Origin: Candidatus Omnitrophica bacterium UBA6249
GTDB taxonomy: Bacteria > Omnitrophota > Gorgyraeia > Gygaellales > Profunditerraquicolaceae
Direction: 5' to 3'
Length of the DNA stretch: 64,000 nucleotides
Assembly: GCA_002441305.1 (NCBI GenBank)
Contig: DJVT01000009.1
Coordinates: 345,210 to 409,209, forward strand
In this document: piece after piece, positions 10,497 to 21,785 of the stretch
How the letters are laid out: each line of letters starts with the position of its first letter
How positions within the stretch are numbered: position 1 is the first letter of the stretch
Translations under genes and position numbers: made by a program
The notes under the pieces: model-generated
The model's database searches: none
Told to the model about the DNA's origin: nothing
The model's input: only the letters and a program-made list of their open reading frames with translations

Positions 10497-11074
10497 TTTT
10501 TGGCAAAATCGTTTTTGGTTTCCTCTACGACACTGTTAAGCCTCTCGCGGGAGGAAAATTTGGAAAAGACTCCGTTCCACAATATCTGATAGGTATTTGC
10601 CGAAACCACGGAAAACCTGTCGCCCAAATAAGAATGTTTGACGGAACCGATCATGTAACTTACGCTTGAAATCATCAGGATGTAAATCAACAGCCCTACC
10701 GTAAAATACCATCTGAATATCCCGAGGATAAGCCCCCCGTACCTGTTTACGTTAGGAAGCGCCTCCATCTTTATGAAATGCTGAAGCGCCCCGCGCAGGA
10801 GGGAAAATACAAGATAGACAAATACTGAAAGCAGGATAAAAACAATAAAATCGGCAAACTCCAGCGGCATGGTATCGGAAGCATAATGGCGGCGCAGGAT
10901 ATCCGAAATTGACGTATAATAATGAGAAGATATGAATATTGCGGCTACAATCCCTAAAAGTTTAAAAGCCTCCGCAATTACCCCGGACTTAATAGCAACG
11001 TAACATATTCTAAATAATACAATTAGGATAATTAAATCCAGATAATTCATCTGCTGTATGATGCCGGCGAGCAT
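10493..11074 (-). CDS. cvpA: CvpA family membrane protein
   Basis: 193 aa with four hydrophobic helices. The N-terminus (MNYLDLIILIVL...) is typical of the colicin V production family. Confidence 0.65.
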   Translation of the reverse strand: MLAGIIQQMNYLDLIILIVLFRICYVAIKSGVIAEAFKLLGIVAAIFISSHYYTSISDILRRHYASDTMPLEFADFIVFILLSVFVYLVFSLLRGALQHFIKMEALPNVNRYGGLILGIFRWYFTVGLLIYILMISSVSYMIGSVKHSYLGDRFSVVSANTYQILWNGVFSKFSSRERLNSVVEETKNDFAKK

Positions 11075-11147
11075 TTTCCCTCCATTTTATAAAATAATGA
11101 AAAGTATAACATATATCTGCCTGTATTGTCAAGGAAAGGGCTTTCTT

Positions 11148-12098
11148 TTACCTCTTGAACCAGGCAATCGTCCTCTTTAGGCCTTCTTCAAGGGGAATTG
11201 ACGGTTTCCAGGAAAGGATTTTCTTTGCCCGGGTTATATCGGGGCGGCGCTGGCGGGGGTCGTCAACAGGAAGCTCCTTATGGATTATCCTGCTCTTGGA
11301 AGGTATCATCTTCAGCACCAGTTTCGCAAGCTGCATAATCGTAAATTCTCCCGGGTTGCCAAGGTTGACCGGATAATTTTCTTTCGAAAGCATAAGGCGG
11401 AATATTCCTTCAGTCAAGTCATCGACGTAACAGAAGCTTCTCGTCTGCCTTCCGGTCCCGTAAACGCTCAGGTTCTTATTGTTCAACGCGGAAAATATGA
11501 AATTGGGAACCACTCTGCCGTCGTTATGCCTCATCCTCGGCCCATAAGTGTTAAAAATACGCACAATCTTGCTGTCCAATCCGTGCACGCGGCGGTAAGC
11601 CATGGTTAAAGCTTCCGAGAAACGCTTGGACTCGTCATAACACCCTCTCTCGCCTACCGGGTTCACATGGCCCCAGTAGCTTTCGTTCTGCGGATGGACA
11701 AGTGGATCCCCGTAGACTTCGGAAGTGGAAAAAAGCAGAAAAACGGATTTCTTCTTCTTGGCCAGGCCCAGGGCATTATGCGTACCCAGGGAGCCCACTT
11801 TTAAAGTCTCTATCGGATGTTCCAGGTAATCCTTGGGGGAAGCCAAAGAAGCGCAATGCAGGACATAATCCACCGGGCCGGGGATATCTATGCGCCTGGA
11901 AACATCGCACAGCTTGAAATCAAAATCCTTCGCCTTAAGCAGAGGCCTGATATTGCCTTCGCAGCCGGTAGCGAAATTATCCAGGCATATCACGGAATAT
12001 CCATTCTCGATAAGTTTCTCGCACATATGCGAACCGATGAAACCTGCGCCTCCGGTAATCAGAACCTTTTTCTTACGCATGGCTCCTCCAGTAATCAA
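11148..12098 (-). CDS. uxs: UDP-glucuronate decarboxylase (UDP-xylose synthase, SDR family)
   Basis: It has [19 protein letters not shown] and [10 protein letters not shown]...DGRVVPNFI, which are typical of UXS. The true start may be the internal [11 protein letters not shown] at 12080. Confidence 0.8.
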   Translation of the reverse strand: MITGGAMRKKKVLITGGAGFIGSHMCEKLIENGYSVICLDNFATGCEGNIRPLLKAKDFDFKLCDVSRRIDIPGPVDYVLHCASLASPKDYLEHPIETLKVGSLGTHNALGLAKKKKSVFLLFSTSEVYGDPLVHPQNESYWGHVNPVGERGCYDESKRFSEALTMAYRRVHGLDSKIVRIFNTYGPRMRHNDGRVVPNFIFSALNNKNLSVYGTGRQTRSFCYVDDLTEGIFRLMLSKENYPVNLGNPGEFTIMQLAKLVLKMIPSKSRIIHKELPVDDPRQRRPDITRAKKILSWKPSIPLEEGLKRTIAWFKR

Positions 12099-13023
12099 TA
12101 GTTATTTTCAAGCCGTTCAGAAAATCTACGGCCGGGGCAAATTTAAGAGACTTTAACGAATTGCTTATATCCGCAGACATCCTGAAGATATCTCCTGCCC
12201 GCTTCTTTTTAAATTCAGGGCGGATATGTTTTTTCAATATCCTGTTAAGGGTAGAAACCAGGTTAAGCACGGTTATATCCCTGCCCCCGGCTATATTAAA
12301 AATACCGCAACCCTGGCGGGGGAATTTTACAGCAAGCATATTCGCCTCCACCACGTTCTCTACGAAAGTAAAATCCCTTGATTGCAGTCCGTTCCCGAAC
12401 ACCGGTGGGCGGCGGCTACGCAGCAGGCAATTGATGAACTTCGGGATAACCGCCGAATACTCGTCGTCAAAAGGCTGCCTCGGTCCGAATACATTGAAAT
12501 AACGCAGAATGACTGTGGGCAGTCCGGAGTGCATGCTGAACATCCGGCAATAATGCTCTCCCGCAAGCTTTGTCAGGGCATAAGGAGAAATCGGGGCAAG
12601 GACAGAATCTTCTCTTACAGGGAACTTCTTTACCTGCCCGTATACCGAACTTGAGGAGGCAAAGACAAAGCGCTTGACTTTATTTGCCCTGGCAGCCTCG
12701 AGCATATTCAGGGTGCCTCCGATATTCACCCGGTTGTAGGCGCCGGGGTTCCTGAACGAACAGGGAACGCTTCTCAAGGCAGCCTGGTGCAGGATGAAAT
12801 CCGTATCCCGGGATGCCTTGCGGCAATCCTCAGGAACACAGATATCCCCTTTTACAAGGTCTATCTTGCCCTTCGAATCTTTCAGGTTAGAGATGCGGCC
12901 GCTGGAAAGATTATCCAATACGCGCACATAATGCCCGCGCCTGACCAGGGCGTCGACAACATGCGAACCGATGAAACCGGCGCCCCCGGTAACCAAAAAT
13001 CTGCTCACGCTCCCTCCGCTCAT
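12073..13023 (-). CDS. NAD-dependent nucleotide-sugar 4-epimerase (WbpP/TviC-like)
   Basis: It has [20 protein letters not shown] (the YxxxK catalytic motif) and [10 protein letters not shown]. It is paired with the upstream NDP-sugar dehydrogenase. Confidence 0.75.
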   Translation of the reverse strand: MSGGSVSRFLVTGGAGFIGSHVVDALVRRGHYVRVLDNLSSGRISNLKDSKGKIDLVKGDICVPEDCRKASRDTDFILHQAALRSVPCSFRNPGAYNRVNIGGTLNMLEAARANKVKRFVFASSSSVYGQVKKFPVREDSVLAPISPYALTKLAGEHYCRMFSMHSGLPTVILRYFNVFGPRQPFDDEYSAVIPKFINCLLRSRRPPVFGNGLQSRDFTFVENVVEANMLAVKFPRQGCGIFNIAGGRDITVLNLVSTLNRILKKHIRPEFKKKRAGDIFRMSADISNSLKSLKFAPAVDFLNGLKITIDYWRSHA

Positions 13024-14334
13024 TTACAGGCGCTCTACCTTCTCCTTGTGCGCCCCTTTAAAAACATTCCTGGAATCGAATATCATCCTTGAGCTTTCAA
13101 GAAGAATCCCGTAATCCAGGGATGAATGGTCGGTGGCAATGAGCACGCAATCGAACTTCCTGATATTCGCGGGGCTTAAAACTGCGGACTTCAGATCGAT
13201 CCCTTTCAGTTTCAGGAAAGGGATAAGCGGATCGGAATAAGAAACAATTGCGCCATGCTTTTTCAGGCTGAGTATCACGTCTATGCTCGGAGATTTACGC
13301 AAGTCCTTGACGTCTTTCTTGTAAGTTACCCCCACGACCAGTATCTTTGCTCCGGCGATCCTCTTGCTCCTTTTTGAAAGAGCCAGCTCTAACCTTTTTA
13401 CGACGTATTCCGGCATGCGGTTGATCATTCCGGAAGCCAGCCGTATGAAACGCGAATGGAAACCGAATTTCTTGGCCTTCCAATGCAGGTAAAGCGGGTC
13501 CTTGGGAATGCAATGCCCTCCCACTCCGGGCCCCGGGTAAAACGGCATAAAGCCGAAAGGCTTGGTAGCAGCTGCTCCGATCACCTCCCAAATATCTATA
13601 TTCATTTTATGGGCCATCATGGATAACTCGTCGATCAAACCTATATTGATCAACCTGTAAGTATTCTCCAGCAGCTTGACCGTTTCCGCGCAGCGCGCGC
13701 TGCTTACCGGCACGACTTTATCTATAATAATCCCGTACACCATGCAGGCCAGGCGCCCTGCTTTAGGATTTAAGCCCCCCACAACCTTGGGGATCTTGTT
13801 TACGGGGAAACGCTTGTTGCCCGGGTCGATCCTTTCCGGGGAAAAACAAAGATAGAAATCTTTCCCGTGTTCAAGCCCCCGGGAACGGAATATGGGCAAT
13901 ATCTCTTCTTCCGTGGTTCCCGGATATGTAGTGCTCTCCAGGATGACAAGCGCTCCTTTTTTGATATTCAAAGCCACATCCCCGACCGCTTTTTTTATGA
14001 AAGAGATATCCGGACGGTTCCTGCCTTTCAAAGGGGTAGGCACGCATATCAGTACCGCATCCGCTTCTCCGATATCCTTAAAATTTCCGCTTGCATTAAA
14101 ACAGCCTTCGGAAACGAGCCTCCCCAGTTCCTTATCGCTGATATCGCTTATATACGAAATCTTTTTCCCTATGGAGCTGAGCCTGTCGCGGTCGATCTCT
14201 ATGCCGGTCACCCGGACGCGCTTCCTGGCAAAAGCCGCGGCCAGGGGAAAACCCACGTATCCCAGGCCTACAACCGCCAAACGCAAGCTCCGTTTGTTTA
14301 TTTTAACGCGCAGGTTCCTTATCTCTTTATCCAT
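13024..14334 (-). CDS. Nucleotide-sugar dehydrogenase (UDP-N-acetyl-hexosamine 6-dehydrogenase type, WbpA/TviB-like)
   Basis: 436 aa with the Rossmann motif VVGLGYVGFPLA and the catalytic-region motif GPGVGGHCIPKDP. Confidence 0.75.
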   Translation of the reverse strand: MDKEIRNLRVKINKRSLRLAVVGLGYVGFPLAAAFARKRVRVTGIEIDRDRLSSIGKKISYISDISDKELGRLVSEGCFNASGNFKDIGEADAVLICVPTPLKGRNRPDISFIKKAVGDVALNIKKGALVILESTTYPGTTEEEILPIFRSRGLEHGKDFYLCFSPERIDPGNKRFPVNKIPKVVGGLNPKAGRLACMVYGIIIDKVVPVSSARCAETVKLLENTYRLINIGLIDELSMMAHKMNIDIWEVIGAAATKPFGFMPFYPGPGVGGHCIPKDPLYLHWKAKKFGFHSRFIRLASGMINRMPEYVVKRLELALSKRSKRIAGAKILVVGVTYKKDVKDLRKSPSIDVILSLKKHGAIVSYSDPLIPFLKLKGIDLKSAVLSPANIRKFDCVLIATDHSSLDYGILLESSRMIFDSRNVFKGAHKEKVERL

Positions 14335-15625
14335 TGCCTTTACCCACTCCTATATATGAGAACCCCAACTTCCGCAACGGACGCGGGTCGTATATATTCC
14401 TGGCGTCGACCAAAAGCGGCCTGCGGAGCATCTTCTTTAATTTTACAAAATCCAGCTCTTTGAACTCATTCCACTCCGTGGCGACAATCAGGCAATCCGC
14501 CCCTTTGGAGGCATGGTACAGATCTTTGCAGAAAACGGCGTTTTGCAGGAGGTCCTTTGCCCTGGACATTGCCTTGGGGTCATAGACCCTTACCCTGGCG
14601 CCGTCCTGCAAAAGGGAATTGACCAAGTCCACGCTCGGGGCGTTCCTTAAATCGTCCGTATCGGGTTTAAAAGCCAGCCCCAGGACGGCTATAGTTTTAT
14701 CCTTTACGATCCATAATTCATCCTTGATTTTCTGCAGTACGAACTTTTTCTGCTCCTCGTTCGTATTCCTTACCGCCTTCAAAATCTGGAAGTCATAGCC
14801 TATCTTCTCGGCTATGCTGATAAAAGCCTCCAGGTCTTTGGGAAAACAGGAACCCCCGTAGCCTATCCCCGCGCGCAGGAAATGCCTGCCTATGCGGCTG
14901 TCCAGCCCCATCCCCTGGGCGACCTCTTCCACGTCCGCGCCGACTTTATCGCAGATTCTGGATATGGCGTTGATAAAAGAAATCTTTGTCGCCAGGAAGG
15001 CATTGGAGGCGTGCTTGATCAACTCGGCGGATTTTATATTGGTAAACAGGATCGGGCGGTTAAGCGGCTGGTAAAGGCTGGACATGATCCTCCTGGCCTT
15101 GGAGCTCTCCACCCCCAGGATGATGCGGTCGGGGCGGGTAAAGTCGTTTATCGCCGACCCCTCCCTGAGGAACTCCGGGTTTGAAACCACATCGAATTTA
15201 TGCCCTTTTTTCACGTAAGTAGCGATGGTCTTCTTTACCCAGGCGCAGGTCTCCACCGGCACGGTGGACTTCTCCACGATCAGCCGGTAGCCGTCCATAT
15301 TCTGCGCTATGCTGCGGGCTACATTTTCTATGCCTGTCAGGTCGGCCTCGCCGTTTTCAAGGGGAGGGGTCCCTACGGCGATAAAAATAACCTCGCTGCC
15401 CCTGACGGCAGACCTGATATTCGAGGTGAATTTCAGCCTTTTGTTTTCCCGGTTTTTTCTTACCAGCTCCTCCAGGCCCGGTTCGTAGATAGGAACCGCC
15501 CCTTTATTCAAAAGAGAGACTTTTTTTGAATCGCTGTCCGCGCAAATAACATTATTCCCCAGCTCGGCAAAGCAAGTTCCGGTAACCAGGCCGACGTATC
15601 CCGCCCCTATGATAGAAATGTTCAT
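14327..15625 (-). CDS. ugd: UDP-glucose 6-dehydrogenase
   Basis: 432 aa with MNISIIGAGYVGLVTG, GYGGSCFPKDL and GLAFKPDTDD. Confidence 0.9.
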   Translation of the reverse strand: MNISIIGAGYVGLVTGTCFAELGNNVICADSDSKKVSLLNKGAVPIYEPGLEELVRKNRENKRLKFTSNIRSAVRGSEVIFIAVGTPPLENGEADLTGIENVARSIAQNMDGYRLIVEKSTVPVETCAWVKKTIATYVKKGHKFDVVSNPEFLREGSAINDFTRPDRIILGVESSKARRIMSSLYQPLNRPILFTNIKSAELIKHASNAFLATKISFINAISRICDKVGADVEEVAQGMGLDSRIGRHFLRAGIGYGGSCFPKDLEAFISIAEKIGYDFQILKAVRNTNEEQKKFVLQKIKDELWIVKDKTIAVLGLAFKPDTDDLRNAPSVDLVNSLLQDGARVRVYDPKAMSRAKDLLQNAVFCKDLYHASKGADCLIVATEWNEFKELDFVKLKKMLRRPLLVDARNIYDPRPLRKLGFSYIGVGKGNG

Positions 15626-15645
15626 TTAATCCCCCGGTATAAAGT

Positions 15646-17838
15646 TTATTGGGAACCGGATTTCTTCTCGCTCATCGACTGATCGAACCCGAATTCGTTC
15701 TCGGGGAAGGCCTTGAGCCTGAAGGTAAAGAATATGGTCGTCCCGGTATCCTCTTTCTTGTTCAACGCCATATCCAATTCCCAGCAGTGCAGGTCCCTGG
15801 TAAGGCCGTATTCCTGTTCCTGCCATCCGCTGTCAAGGTAAGAAGTCTGCTTGAAATTAAAACGCTGGTACACCCTGAATCTCCATTTCGGGGTTAACTT
15901 CCAATTAAAACCGAGCGTGGCCTCGTTCTTGCCTTTTCTCTCATAACGCTGCCCGATGCTCAAAGAACGCCCCTTGCCCAGATCAAAAACAAGGTCATAG
16001 TTAGCCAAAGAAAAACTCCCGTAATTCACATTATCATGGTCCGAATGTTCATAGGTCGCCTCGCCTTCCAGGCGCATCCAGGAATAAGGAATTATTTTCA
16101 GCTTAAACAATACGTCGGAAAGCTGGCTTTTCAGCTCGTTCCCAGTATTGGTAAGAATGCTGTTTTGCCCGGTTTTCGGATCGAACACATATTCGGTGGT
16201 AATAAGCAAATCCACGAAATCCACGCTATTGCCGTCGCGTTTCGTCTGCAGTTTATTGGACAACCCCAATGAAGCGGTGTTGCCCCGGGTTATCGAATCC
16301 ACCCCGTCTATCTGCTTGATGTTGCTGACGGGGATCGTGGGGGCATGCGTATACAGATAGCCCACGGAAGGAGTGATTACATGGCGCAGCCCATTTATAT
16401 CCAGCCCGAGAAAATCGCTCTTGACGTTATAAATACGGTAGAACTTCGTGCTCACGTCCGCCCCTCCGTAAAAGATCGTCCTGATAATCCCGCTCTCCCC
16501 GTTTTCGCCCTTATCGTAAAAAGTCTGGCGGCTCGAGACATAGGGACGGAACTGGAGAAAAGCGATCTTGGTGGGCAGGGAAACGGTATTAGTGGTATCC
16601 AGCCGCGTAGAGGTTACGTCATCTGCGGTTTTGGGTTCGGTATCCGCTTTCTTGTCGTAAGAGCCGAACTGCGTGGAGTTCTCGAAATACAGCGGGGTCC
16701 CCTCCAGCTGGAGGGCCGGCAGGCTGTAATTTATCTCCGGCATCTTGTCGACCTGGTCGAACCAGTGGTTGGTGCGTTTCTGCATGAGTATATCGATGCT
16801 GGAATAATTAAAAGAGTGGTGAAAGAGCGCGTAGCTTAAAGGTTCGGAATCCTTTTCATATTCGCGGAAAAAATAATCCTTCAGTATGTTCCGTTCCGGA
16901 TCGTATTTTCTTCTCTTGTCCCCGATTTTATAAAGTTCTGCTACCAAATTAGTCTGGGGGTCGATATCCCATTTATGGCGCCAGCGCAGAAAATAACGCT
17001 GGAATTTATCCGGCGCCCCGGGGGATTTGCTGTCACCGTCTTCATCGGTATAATAAAACTTGAAATCCCCTCTCCCGAAAGGCCCGCGGCTATAATTAAG
17101 CCCAAACCCCTCCCCCCAGCCCAACTTGTTGCGGTAATCCAGGAAAATCCTGCCGTTCAGGCTTTGCGTAAGGTTGTAACGCCAGGCGCTCAACATATAA
17201 GCCCCCCAGTCCTTGCGCGTCCCCGGCTCCAGCTGCACATGCATTATCGGTTCTTCCATGGAATAGTTGAACTGCGGCAGGGATATGACCGGTATTGCGC
17301 CCAGGTATAAAATTACCTTCCTGGCGCGCACCTTATCCCCGGGAAACATATTGATTCTCTTCGAGGCTATGCGAAAATGAGGATGGTCCATGCTGCAGGT
17401 GGTAAAATAGCCGTTCTTTGCCACGAACTCTTCATCGCTCACCTTCTCTACCGTCCTCGCCCTGCCAAAATAGGGATTGGCGCGGAAATTAGCATCATAG
17501 ATTATCCCCGACTTGCTGGTGAAATCGTAAACTATCCTCTCCCCCGTAACCACGCCCTTCTCATCCTCAAGCCTCGCGTTGCCCTCGGCGGTAGCCTCCT
17601 TAGTCTGCATATTGACCTTCAATTTGTTGCAAGTAAGCTTGGAGCCTTTATATATTACCTCTATGTTCCCCGTAGCGGTCACCTCTTTGTTATCCGCAGA
17701 ATATTCCACATTATCCCCGTTTATAATTATAGGGGACTCCTTGCCTTCTTCGGCAGGAAGCGCCCGCGGGGCAAAAACCAGGAAAAACAAGGTAGCCGCG
17801 AGGATAAAAGTATTCGGGGGAAATCGTTTATTTGACAT
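15646..17838 (-). CDS. lptD: LPS-assembly outer membrane protein LptD (OstA)
   Basis: 730 aa with a signal peptide. It has an N-terminal OstA-like region ([21 protein letters not shown]) and a long beta-barrel-type C-terminus. Confidence 0.8.
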   Translation of the reverse strand: MSNKRFPPNTFILAATLFFLVFAPRALPAEEGKESPIIINGDNVEYSADNKEVTATGNIEVIYKGSKLTCNKLKVNMQTKEATAEGNARLEDEKGVVTGERIVYDFTSKSGIIYDANFRANPYFGRARTVEKVSDEEFVAKNGYFTTCSMDHPHFRIASKRINMFPGDKVRARKVILYLGAIPVISLPQFNYSMEEPIMHVQLEPGTRKDWGAYMLSAWRYNLTQSLNGRIFLDYRNKLGWGEGFGLNYSRGPFGRGDFKFYYTDEDGDSKSPGAPDKFQRYFLRWRHKWDIDPQTNLVAELYKIGDKRRKYDPERNILKDYFFREYEKDSEPLSYALFHHSFNYSSIDILMQKRTNHWFDQVDKMPEINYSLPALQLEGTPLYFENSTQFGSYDKKADTEPKTADDVTSTRLDTTNTVSLPTKIAFLQFRPYVSSRQTFYDKGENGESGIIRTIFYGGADVSTKFYRIYNVKSDFLGLDINGLRHVITPSVGYLYTHAPTIPVSNIKQIDGVDSITRGNTASLGLSNKLQTKRDGNSVDFVDLLITTEYVFDPKTGQNSILTNTGNELKSQLSDVLFKLKIIPYSWMRLEGEATYEHSDHDNVNYGSFSLANYDLVFDLGKGRSLSIGQRYERKGKNEATLGFNWKLTPKWRFRVYQRFNFKQTSYLDSGWQEQEYGLTRDLHCWELDMALNKKEDTGTTIFFTFRLKAFPENEFGFDQSMSEKKSGSQ

Positions 17839-18487
17839 TACCGGCCTTGGGAATTTTTTTATAATCTTCCAGAAACTTGCTTAAACCCGCATCCGTCAGG
17901 GGATGCTTAAGCAGTTGTTCGATCACTGCAAAAGGAATCGTTGCTATATCGGCGCCGATCAAAGCGGCCTTGGCAACGTGCACGGGATTGCGCACTGAAG
18001 CAACTATTATCTGCGTTTTGAATCCGTAATTATCATATATCTTTTTTATGTCCCCGATCAAGCCTATGCCTTCCTGGGCGACATCATCGAGCCTGCCGAT
18101 AAAAGGCGAGATGTAAGTAGCTCCCGCCTTTGCCGCGAGCAGCGCCTGCACGGGGGAAAAACAAAGGGTAACATTGGTCTTGATCCCCTCCGAAGAAAGT
18201 ATCTTTACCGCCTTCAAGCCTTCTTTTATCAAAGGTATCTTGATTACGATGTTCTTGGCGATTTTCACCAGTTCGCGAGCCTCATCCGTCATACTAGAAG
18301 CTTCCACGCTGATTACCTCTGCGCTGACCGGTCCGTCGACTATCGCGCATATTTCTTTCAAAACCTGGGTTGGATTACGCCCTTCCTTGGACATCAGGGT
18401 GGGATTGGTTGTCACCCCGTCGATTAAACCGAGGCTTGCAGCCTCCGCTATATCCTTCACATTCGCCGTATCGATGAATATCTTCAT
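17828..18487 (-). CDS. Fructose-6-phosphate aldolase / short-form transaldolase
   Basis: 219 aa reading [10 protein letters not shown]...GVTTNPTL...NIVIKIP...TNVTLCFS...ISPFIGR. Confidence 0.9.
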   Translation of the reverse strand: MKIFIDTANVKDIAEAASLGLIDGVTTNPTLMSKEGRNPTQVLKEICAIVDGPVSAEVISVEASSMTDEARELVKIAKNIVIKIPLIKEGLKAVKILSSEGIKTNVTLCFSPVQALLAAKAGATYISPFIGRLDDVAQEGIGLIGDIKKIYDNYGFKTQIIVASVRNPVHVAKAALIGADIATIPFAVIEQLLKHPLTDAGLSKFLEDYKKIPKAGNVK

Positions 18488-19423
18488 TTAACACCTTCCT
18501 TTCAGAATCCTATCCCTCACCAGGCAGGCGGCCCCTATCATCCCCGCATCGTTACCCAGGCTGGCCCTAAGCACCTTGACTCTCTTTGCCTGCACGCTCA
18601 TCGCCCTCAGGCGGATATTCCTCTTCACGCTCTCCAGGAGGACTTTCCCGGCTCCGGCAACTCCTCCCCCGATCACCACGGCGTCAAGATTGAGCAGGTT
18701 TACCGCTCCGCTTAAAGCCAGACCTATCCTTCCTCCGATCTTTTCCCAAAAGGCAGCGGCGGCGGTATTCCTTGACTTGGCCATCAGGCTTAATTTTTCA
18801 AGAGTGATCCCCGGCCCGAATATCCTGCGCGCATCCTTCAATATCCTGGAATTCCCCACATACGCTTCAAGGCATCCCCGTGACCCGCAACCGCAAACCG
18901 GACCGCGTTCGTTAATGGGGATATGCCCTATCTCTCCGGCCGCATTATCGCTCCCCCGGTAAAGCGAGCCTCCGATGATCAATCCGCCCCCTACCCCGGT
19001 GCCGAGAGTGATGCATAAGGCGTTCCTGTAACCTTTCGCCGCTCCGAGTTCATGTTCGGCAAGCGCCATAAGCTTGGCGTCGTTATCGATAAAAATCTTC
19101 AATCCCGTCTGGCGTTCAAGCAGCTCTTTAAGCTTTACCTCTTTCCACCCTTTTATGTTGGGAAGGAAATGCACCAGCCCCCTGGATGCGTCTACCGGCC
19201 CGGGAAGGCCGATCCCCACCCCTGCTATATCCCTTCCTGACAAATCAAGCTTTGCGATAAAATTATTTATCGAAAAGGCTATCCCGCGGATAAGTCTTTC
19301 TTTATCGATAAAACTCTTTGTGCTGAAAGAACTTCTGTCCTTGATCCTCAATCCGCTGTCGAACAGGCAGCATTTAAGGTTCGTTCCGCCCAAATCTATG
19401 CCCACAATCAGTCGTCGGTTCAT
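18488..19423 (-). CDS. ROK family sugar kinase (glucokinase)
   Basis: 311 aa with the ATP motif GIDLGGTN and the ROK zinc motif GHIPINERGPVCGCGSRGCLE. Confidence 0.85.
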   Translation of the reverse strand: MNRRLIVGIDLGGTNLKCCLFDSGLRIKDRSSFSTKSFIDKERLIRGIAFSINNFIAKLDLSGRDIAGVGIGLPGPVDASRGLVHFLPNIKGWKEVKLKELLERQTGLKIFIDNDAKLMALAEHELGAAKGYRNALCITLGTGVGGGLIIGGSLYRGSDNAAGEIGHIPINERGPVCGCGSRGCLEAYVGNSRILKDARRIFGPGITLEKLSLMAKSRNTAAAAFWEKIGGRIGLALSGAVNLLNLDAVVIGGGVAGAGKVLLESVKRNIRLRAMSVQAKRVKVLRASLGNDAGMIGAACLVRDRILKGRC

Positions 19424-19488
19424 GGGTGGTATTTTATATTAAAAAACCCGTCCTTTCAAGGAGATTCTGGCAGTGCGGGAGGATGGCT

Positions 19489-20484
19489 TTACGAAGGATA
19501 AAAACATACCTTGTTCTTCCCGGTCTCTTTAGCCAGGTAAAGCGCCTGGTCCGCCATCTCGATAAGCTCCTGCATTTTTTCGTTATTATCGGGACATGCC
19601 GATATCCCTATGCTCACGGTAACCCTCAGCTCTTCGTCATAAGCCTTGATCACGGAAGATTCTATGGCCTGACGGATACGCTCTGCGGCAAAACCCGCCT
19701 GCTCCTTGTCCGTTTCCGCAAGCACGACCGCAAGCTCTTCCCCTCCATAACGCCCGATAAAATCTATCTGCCTGATCATCTCGCTTATCTTCCTGGATAC
19801 CTGGCGCAGTATAGCATCGCCCACCAGGTGCCCGTAACGGTCATTGAACTGCTTGAAATTATCCAGGTCAATCATCAAAAAACATAAATGCAGTTTATTC
19901 TTCCTGGAACGCTTGAGCTCTTCGCTGAAACGCTCGAGAAAATACCTGCGGCAATACGCCTGGGTAAGGGCATCCATAATGGCCATGTCCTGTATCTTCT
20001 TGTATAAATGCGCCCTTCTCAAGCCGATAAGGAGCTGCTGCACCAGGATGCCGAATTTATCCTTGTCCGATTCGGGGACCCCTTCCACCGCCAGGTATCC
20101 GGCATCCTGGTTTTCGGCGGTATTCAGCGGCATTACCATAAAATCGCCGTATTTGATCAAATCGGCGTCATTCTTGATATAATGGCAGCTCTTGAAATTT
20201 ATGTGCTTGGCGAGGTTGTCCCTGAAAACAGCGAATATCTTTTCCTCATCCAAGCTCTTGCAGATATCCTTAGTAAGCTCATACAGCGCCAGGGTATCGA
20301 CAAAAACCTTGTTCAATTTTACATTCTTCGAATCAAGGTCTTTCTTCCCCTGCTCCAGCCTCTCGAACTGGGAAAGAAGCAGGCTGTACTCCTGGTCCTT
20401 CCTTTTCGCCCTCCCGGCAAGTATCTCGCGCAGGAAGGTTATCCAGCAGAATGTAATTATGAAAAACAAGGCTATGTGGAGCAT
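19489..20484 (-). CDS. Membrane-anchored diguanylate cyclase (GGDEF domain, motif GGEEL, RxxD I-site)
   Basis: 331 aa with an N-terminal TM helix and MIRQIDFIGRYGGEELAVVL. Confidence 0.8.
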   Translation of the reverse strand: MLHIALFFIITFCWITFLREILAGRAKRKDQEYSLLLSQFERLEQGKKDLDSKNVKLNKVFVDTLALYELTKDICKSLDEEKIFAVFRDNLAKHINFKSCHYIKNDADLIKYGDFMVMPLNTAENQDAGYLAVEGVPESDKDKFGILVQQLLIGLRRAHLYKKIQDMAIMDALTQAYCRRYFLERFSEELKRSRKNKLHLCFLMIDLDNFKQFNDRYGHLVGDAILRQVSRKISEMIRQIDFIGRYGGEELAVVLAETDKEQAGFAAERIRQAIESSVIKAYDEELRVTVSIGISACPDNNEKMQELIEMADQALYLAKETGKNKVCFYPS

Positions 20485-21755
20485 ACCCGGTTTCTGCCTT
20501 TCTTCTTGGCCTCGTACATGGATTTATCCGCCATTTGTATCAGCTCATCCTCGTCTTTGGTATCCAGCGGCATACAGGCCACCCCTATGGAAACGGTGAC
20601 AGAGGTATTCTGCCGCCTTAAGAGGATCGTCTCGGTCTGTATCCTGCGGCGCAGCTCTTCGGCAACCTCCAAAGACCTGTGTTTGTCCAGCCCCGGGAGC
20701 ATCACCAGGAACTCTTCTCCCCCGAACCGGCATAATAAAGGGTTAAACTGGGCGAGCGTCTCCTTAAGCAGGGAACCCACCTTCTTCAACACGAAATCCC
20801 CGGCGATATGCCCGAACTTGTCGTTATACTGTTTGAAAAAATCTATATCGACCATGAACATGCATATGCGCTGATCGAGGCGGTTGCACCTTTTCGCTTC
20901 ATCCTTGAGCCTGCCGATAAAATACTGTTTTGAGTATAACCCGGTAAGGTCATCATGTATTGCCAAATCCTGGGTCTTCTGGAATAACAGGCTGTTCTCC
21001 AGGGCTACCGCGCCCAGCCCGGAAACCAGGGAGAGGAAACGCAGGTCATCCTGGTTAAAGGACCCCCTTTTGTCGCTTTCAAGCCTCAATATCCCGAGAA
21101 GCGAATGGTGGCTGATCAAGGGTGAGCTGATAAGGGAAAGGACCGGGCGCATCTCCTGGCTCCTTACCGTATCCAGGTCAAAACGGAAATCGTTTTTCAA
21201 ATCCTCGATGATCAATTCATGGGAATGCCTCAATACCCAGTAATCGAATATGTCCCCCTCCTTGGACAGAATGACCATCCCGCTGTTTTCTTTCACCGAA
21301 TGTATCAGGTTTAATTTCTGGCTGCGGCTGTCCAGAAGATAAAAAAGAACCGTCCCCGAAGAATTCGAAATCAGGGAATAAACCGTGGAACTGAGCACAT
21401 TGACCAATACCTCCAATCTCAGGCTGCGGTTCAGGTCCTCGATCACTTTCTTTAAATTGTCATAACGGGTAATCTTGAATTTAAGGGAAGCGCCCAGCTC
21501 CAGTGACTTTCTGCTCTCCGCATTTATCACATTGATCCGCTCTCTGGTTTTTTCTATGTTCGACTCAGAGAGGAATATTTTTTCGGAGAAGAAGCGTATC
21601 AGGAAGAAAGAAACGGTCAGGTTCAGCGCCGCGAAGGCGAGAAAAAATACAGGCTGTATTTTATGGTGGAAAAGGAATATATCTGCCGACAGCCCGACAA
21701 GACAAACCAACAAAGCTAAGAAACAAGCCTGTTTACGGAAATTTTGTTGCCGCAT
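20472..21755 (-). CDS. Membrane GAF-GGDEF diguanylate cyclase
   Basis: 427 aa with two TM helices, a GAF-like middle region and CRFGGEEFLVML. It overlaps the next GGDEF gene by 13 nt. Confidence 0.8.
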   Translation of the reverse strand: MRQQNFRKQACFLALLVCLVGLSADIFLFHHKIQPVFFLAFAALNLTVSFFLIRFFSEKIFLSESNIEKTRERINVINAESRKSLELGASLKFKITRYDNLKKVIEDLNRSLRLEVLVNVLSSTVYSLISNSSGTVLFYLLDSRSQKLNLIHSVKENSGMVILSKEGDIFDYWVLRHSHELIIEDLKNDFRFDLDTVRSQEMRPVLSLISSPLISHHSLLGILRLESDKRGSFNQDDLRFLSLVSGLGAVALENSLLFQKTQDLAIHDDLTGLYSKQYFIGRLKDEAKRCNRLDQRICMFMVDIDFFKQYNDKFGHIAGDFVLKKVGSLLKETLAQFNPLLCRFGGEEFLVMLPGLDKHRSLEVAEELRRRIQTETILLRRQNTSVTVSIGVACMPLDTKDEDELIQMADKSMYEAKKKGRNRVCST

Positions 21756-21785
21756 ATACCCCTCTAAGTAACCCCGGGAGGGAAT

